Source of the DNA: Vicugna vicugna
Taxonomy: Eukaryota
NCBI GenBank assembly: GCA_013265495.1
Contig: MU057887.1
Location: 879,985-943,984, forward strand
Direction of reading: 5' to 3'
Length of the DNA stretch: 64,000 nucleotides
Both the position numbers and the translations under genes were made by a program. This document shows positions 60,060 through 64,000 of this stretch, piece by piece; the stretch's first letter is position 1; every line of letters begins with the position of its first letter. The notes beneath the pieces are model-generated. The model was not told the DNA's origin and searched no databases. It saw only the letters and a list, made by a program, of their open reading frames with translations.

Positions 60060-61562
60060 CACTCAGGCCAACAGATCACTCAGTCCAACAGTAGACATCC
60101 CATTGCATTTATGCGATCAAGGTAAAACTTTCAGAAGTTAATTCTGACAAGGTGACTTGGGTGACACAATTGTGGGCATGCATGTAAATTCAGCTAGAAG
60201 TTCAGCAAGAAGACAAGGTGATTTTTTTTTTGCAGGGATCATAATGATACAGATTCCAGTAGTAAAAGCCATGTTCCTACTACAGTCACAAACCCATGGA
60301 GTTGAGATGCACTTGGCTGGGGTGCACATAGAACTCGTAATTGCCCCAAGCCGTGAGTCAGGAGCTGCAGTGACCAGCCTTCACGTGTGCTTTCACACGT
60401 GCCCTGTGTTGACATGGCATCGCATACGAAGCGCCCCTGCCCACAGAGCACACGCGGTCCCCCTCGCCCTCAGCACCAAGCCCCCCGGAGCCTTGCTTCC
60501 TGAATCAGCCCAAGAGACCTACAATGTTCACCAGTGTTTGGGAAGTGAGTTTGCTAGATTTCATTTGCAATTTGTTAAAAAAAGAAAAAATCTGTCAGAA
60601 ATCCTTAATCAAATATTTCAACAAATACAGCACCAAAAAGCTTCCATGTTGGAAGCCTTTACAGAATTGCAAGGAGTCAAAATGCAGCTTGCAAACCTGA
60701 AGACATTAAAATTCATCCTGACAAAAGCGGGGGAGGAGCTGATCACATTCACCCGTAGGGAGCCGAAGGTGACAAGAGTTCATTCTGGAAATCGTACAAT
60801 TACCCGCTGGAGTAGCTTGACATGTGGGAAGCATCTGTTGATGGAGTTCCTATTATTAATTGGGTACATTTATATTCGGGATGGAAAAGGAAAGCCCACG
60901 AGATTGGCGGCATCACTTCTCAGAGTCATACATAGAGACAACTTCTTTGAACAGTGCTTGTGAAAACGAGCTGAAATATTTACACATTTCAATGCAAAAC
61001 ATTAGAATTTAGAACTTCCTTTGTTTGCAGAATTCTCTCTGAGTTTACCGGGTGCCCCCAGCCCTGCAGAGAGAGAGTCTTCTCAACTAAAATGTTGTTG
61101 ATTTGCAGAGAAGCATTGATTGAAGATATCAACACAGTCATATCATATGCAGCTTTGAAGATTATTGGAAAATTGATGGAAATAAACCTTAGAAATAGTA
61201 AGGCTATATTTTTAAAAATGCACTGCAGAGATAAATTCCAGGAACAGACAGAAACAGATGGGACTCAAAGATGTGCCTAAGAATCGACACTCTACATATG
61301 TTATTTTTTTAGTGTTCATAATCAATATATGAGAGAGGCTTAATTTTTTTAATGGGCCTAATGTTCCCTGATATAATTTACTGAAATTATTTCAGAAATA
61401 ATTGGATTTTTGTAAGTTTTTGAATGTAACTATTTTATAGAACCACCATTAAAAGAAAACTAATTTGTTAGTTCAAGCAACTGATAATTTAAATGATTTT
61501 TAGTGCCTACCCCAGCCCTTTCAAAAAGTGTCCTTGTTTGGATGATAAATTACTTGTTCCCC
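60060..61562 (+). mobile_element. hAT-Blackjack-type DNA transposon fossil with decayed transposase and right terminus
   Basis: AT-rich island. Frame 3 gives FCRDHNDTDS (60228-) and LGWGAHRTRNC (60312-60344, CxxH relic). Frame 1 gives EILNQIFQQIQHQKASMLEAFTELQ...LANLKTLKFI and, after stops, LFAEFSLSLPGAPSPAERESSQLK (61021-61092, hAT dimerisation motif P-x-S/T-x-x-x-ER-x-FS relic). The end 'aaaagtgtccttgtttggatgataaattacttgttcccc' resembles the Blackjack/MER94 terminus. Confidence 0.8.
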
Positions 61563-61672
61563 AAATTTGGCTGGCTGCCCAGGCCCCAGCCCCACTTTCA
61601 CTCTGCCACCAGCTGGCCCCTCTGCTCCTCCCGGGGCCTGGACGGTCCCTTGCCCTGCTCCGTCCATGGATG

Positions 61673-61790
61673 CCTGGGGTCCTTTACCCTCCCCTGGGAT
61701 CTCTGTCCCTCCTTGGGGTTCTTGTCCCTCCCCTGGGGTCTCCGCCCTCCCCTGGGGTCTCTGTCCCTCTCCTGGGGTCTCTGTCCCTCC
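61673..61790. repeat. Minisatellite, ~6 copies of a 19-20 bp unit CCTGGGGTCTCTGTCCCTCC
   Basis: cctggggtcctttaccctcc / cctgggatctctgtccctcc / ttggggttcttgtccctcc / cctggggtctccgccctcc / cctggggtctctgtccctct / cctggggtctctgtccctcc. Confidence 0.9.
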
Positions 61791-64000
61791 TCTCCGGCAG
61801 TGCCCAGGACTGAGGGGTGTGGAGGCTTCGCCCAGGACTGGACTGTCTGGATCTGCTCCTGATGTTGCCTGAGAATGGACACTTGGGGTTGCATAGCCCT
61901 CCAGCCAGCCCTGCCATGGAACCCGACAACCTCACTGTGCGAAAGTCTGCATCACGATGGCCAAGCAGCCCTGTCCCAGCTGTGCCAGCCCTGCTCCTAC
62001 CGCCTCCCCCATGTCGACTGTCCAGTCCTCAAGCCCAGCCCTGCCGTGGCTTCCTCTCCTCGCAAAGCTCAGAACTGAGGTCACAGGCACAGTAGGAGGG
62101 AGGGGTAGAGCCGAGCTTCGAACCAGTGGGGACTCCAGAGCGCACTTTCTTGACCACTAGGCCACCCTCTCCAGAGACGTGAGTGGCCGGTGTCAGGTCC
62201 ACCTTCCACAGCACACGTGACTCCCTGTGCCCCGAAGGGCATGGGCCACTGGAGAGGGGCTCCCAGAACATCTGACTCATTCTTGCTCCCCCGTTCATCC
62301 ACTGTGCAGCCAGCAGGTCAGGCATCTACTGTGTGCACGCTGGGCCCTTGGAGAGCTTTCAGCTCAGCCTCTGCCCTCAAGGACTCGCAGTCCAAAGGGG
62401 GCACAACAGCATAAACCAGTAAATCTCCTGGGGCAGCAAGGGCCCTCCGACAGGCCCACCTGGTCCTCCTTCTCCAATAACTCCTCCTTGTCTTCTCTTG
62501 ACAAGCTTCTGCTCCCTCATCACCTTCTTCAGGAAGCCCTCTTGACCTTCAGGCTGGGCTCCAGGACCCCCACGTCTCTGTCGTCAGGGCCCTGCCTAGA
62601 GAAGAAGCAGGGAGGGCTTCCCAGAGGAAGGGAGCAGGAGCTTTGTCTCAGACGGTGAGCAGGAGTCAGCCTGGCAGAGAAGGGAAGCGAGGACCCAGAT
62701 GGAGTCTCAGGTCAGACAGGGCCATGGTGGGTGGGGGGCTTGGTGTGGGCAGAGAGCTGTGGTCCGTGCAGCAGGGAAGTCAGCAACCTCTCTCCCTGCG
62801 TTGGGCCTGGAGGGAGACAGGGAGACTTCTGAAGGCCACAGAGGAGGAGCCTCCGGGCACCAGAGGACCAGTCCTGCCTCCACCCTTCTCTCCCAGGATG
62901 CTGAGCTCAGCCCCCAAGGCTCAGGGGAAGTTCCATATTGCAGACCTGGGAGAGAGGCTGGACAAGGCTTATCGCCCTGTGGGCGGTGCCAGGCCTCCTG
63001 CCACGTGGCCCAGGACGGGTCAGGTGGAGCAGGGGCTGGTCCGTTCACCCTCATGTTACAGCTGGGCCACAGAGGCCTCGGAGCAGGGCCTGAATAGCCC
63101 CTGGGGCTGCAGGCTGGGGGAGAGAGCACTGAGCTGGGGGTTCTCAGCTCCCCATCCTCCAGGGCTCTGCCTTCCCCCAGGGCTGCCTCTTTCTCCCACT
63201 GGCAGGCAGAGCAACCCCTGCCCTTGGGGGACGCTGGCACACGACTGGCCAACGTGGGAATCATGGGGGCTTGTCACACCGGGTTTTGGAAGAGCTGTGT
63301 CCTCCCAATTCTATTTTACAAAGAGGGAAATAGGCCCAGAGAGAAGTAACTGGCCTGCCGGAGACCCCAAGGTGGGCAGCCGCCTAATCAAGTGGCCCCC
63401 AGGTCCCCAGTGCTGAGGGGAGACACCCTCCTTGGGACGAGGGCTGATGATGGCTCTTTCTCATGGGGGTGGGGGATGAGGGTGGGGAGACTGGAGAGAG
63501 GGGAGGAGGAGAGGCCGGGACCCTGGCAGAGGGAGGGCCACGTCTGACCAGACCTCTGTGGGGCTGTGCCTGGCCACCAGCCTCAGAGGCAGGGAGGGCG
63601 CAGCTTCTGCTAAAAAGCAAAGGAACACCTGCTGGTCGTTAAACCCACACCCACGACTGGTTTGGCCAGTTCTTAATGTCCTCCTCGAGCCTGGGTTGGC
63701 TCATTGGACCTGACGGGTGATTCTGCCAGGCCTACTATGCGCCAGCCTACACTTTAGTGGGGAGGGGACTCGGCCCTGGGCTGGCCTGGGCTTCATCGCC
63801 GGGTCTGTAAAATGAGGAGTTGCCTCCAGTCACTGAGAGCCCTGCAGCCCCCACTTAGGGACAAGGCCTGGCGCCCAGGGCTAGAGAGGAGCCAGCGCTG
63901 ATTCTCCGCCTACCGTGTGCCCGGCGCTCAACCAAGGGGTCTCACACCCACCAGGAGTCTCACGCCCCTGGCTTGGTGAAGCCTCGCTCCAGCCTCGGAT

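Noticed and set aside
61673..61790. CRISPR-like array
   Set aside because: Head-to-tail repeats without unique spacers in mammalian DNA, so an ordinary minisatellite.
21700..64000. WNT7B exons expected by synteny
   Set aside because: No Wnt cysteine-pattern peptides (e.g. CKCHGVSGSC, CNCKFHWCC) appear in any provided frame. The gene presumably lies beyond the window.

Overview
Mammalian genomic DNA. Two tRNA-derived SINEs and a young L1 3' end point to a camelid-type artiodactyl (inference). The only supportable protein-coding gene is the 3' end of ATXN10 on the + strand: the penultimate coding exon (19703-19890), a 474-bp intron, and a last exon that opens with the TGA stop (20365-20367) and runs through a ~1.3-kb 3'UTR with AATAAA signals. 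Bases 1-19702 are intronic and ~21.7-64 kb is intergenic. WNT7B is expected further downstream by mammalian synteny, but none of its exons are visible here. The rest is interspersed repeats (old and young L1, L2, MIR, an MLT1 LTR, MER58/MER2/MER20-type DNA transposons, a decayed hAT-Blackjack transposase), microsatellites, one 20-bp minisatellite and an orphan CpG island near 39 kb. Almost all ORF-track entries are spurious GC-rich or repeat-derived frames. I found no convincing previously undescribed system. The best leads are the Blackjack transposase fossil, the strong GC/CpG drift of ancient repeats, a MER20-borne consensus CTCF site, candidate enhancer motif clusters and the stop-only last coding exon of ATXN10. 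Repeat family names and boundaries come from recalled consensus sequences and are approximate.
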